From positions 73,583 through 137,582 of the forward strand of contig CAWBHS010000078.1 in assembly GCA_963788655.1 (NCBI GenBank): 64,000 bases of DNA. Direction: 5' to 3'. The position numbers and the translations under genes were made by a program. This document shows, in pieces, positions 63,601 through 64,000 of this stretch. The notes under the pieces are model-generated. The model had not been told where the DNA came from, did not search any database, and saw only the letters and a program-made list of their open reading frames with translations. Position 1 is the first letter of the stretch. Every line of letters begins with the position of its first letter. The stretch comes from an uncultured Verrucomicrobiae bacterium. Its GTDB lineage: Bacteria; Verrucomicrobiota; Verrucomicrobiia; Limisphaerales; JAFGQR01.

Positions 63601-63988
63601 GTTGCTGCCAGGCTTCTCGTTTTCCGCCGCCCATGAAACGCCTTGCGAGCCTCCAAACGGGCCAACGCCGTGCGGAGGCTCGGTTCGGTATCGCGTCGCA
63701 AGATGCGCAAGACATCGTCGAAGTGCGCCTGAAGCGGGGGGCGGGTCCGTGCCCCAAGGCTGTGTCGTCCGGTCCCGCAGCAGATAGGCACTCTGCAAAT
63801 TCTCGCCATCCGGGTGGGTGCTGTAATGAACTGACAGCAATGGATTCCCTTGCCCCGTTGAGGCCAGGGTCACGAGCAGTGCGACCGAGGTTAGTAGCGA
63901 AAAAGCCAACCCGCTGAGGCTTCCTGAATGTGCGTCCGCAACCGGTGTTCTGAAGTCCGGCGCCGTTGGTCGTTTGGTCTGTCTTCAT
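60646..63988 (-). CDS. Secreted protein: uncharacterised Cys-containing N-terminal domain plus BspA/LRR_5 repeats (frameshifts near 62460 and in 63630-63910)
   Basis: Many IPxxVTxIGxxAFxxC repeats. N-terminal YQARGLFPVN...PIFVD...TACAVGYLM...EEAALIQPSY. The signal-like segment is in ORF 63397..63909. Confidence 0.78.
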
Positions 63989-64000
63989 CGTTACTTTAGT

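Overview
GC-rich bacterial DNA, most likely Verrucomicrobiota (Limisphaerales/Pedosphaera-like). This is inferred from gene content and repeat types. Many genes carry single-base frameshifts, typical of long-read assembly. From left to right the window holds: (1) a HEAT/F5-8C gene, a Tat-exported Gfo/Idh/MocA gene and tRNA-Phe; (2) a decayed island at the tRNA, with a 4977-bp IS21-like element bounded by 86-bp inverted repeats. Besides IstA/IstB it encodes a Cys-rich protein, a ParB-like protein and a Toprim/primase-like protein. An orphan integron attC site and a phage terminase fragment follow; (3) a carbohydrate-utilisation region (heparinase II/III-PL17-like lyase, GH16, oxidoreductase, UroD/MtaA-like protein, sugar porter, AGE epimerase, solute-binding protein, multi-LamG protein, DUF4434-like protein, unclassified 919-aa protein) plus a RelE toxin-antitoxin pair; (4) two giant lamin-tail/CotH-kinase genes in mirror arrangement around a two-component system; (5) a duplicated pair of LRR and choice-of-anchor-Q-like genes around a Ser/Thr kinase. 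Main points of interest: the ParB+Toprim IS21-like transposon, a C-terminal [FYI]YR domain shared by seven exported proteins (candidate sorting signal), and REP-like palindromes read in frame inside N-terminal leaders.
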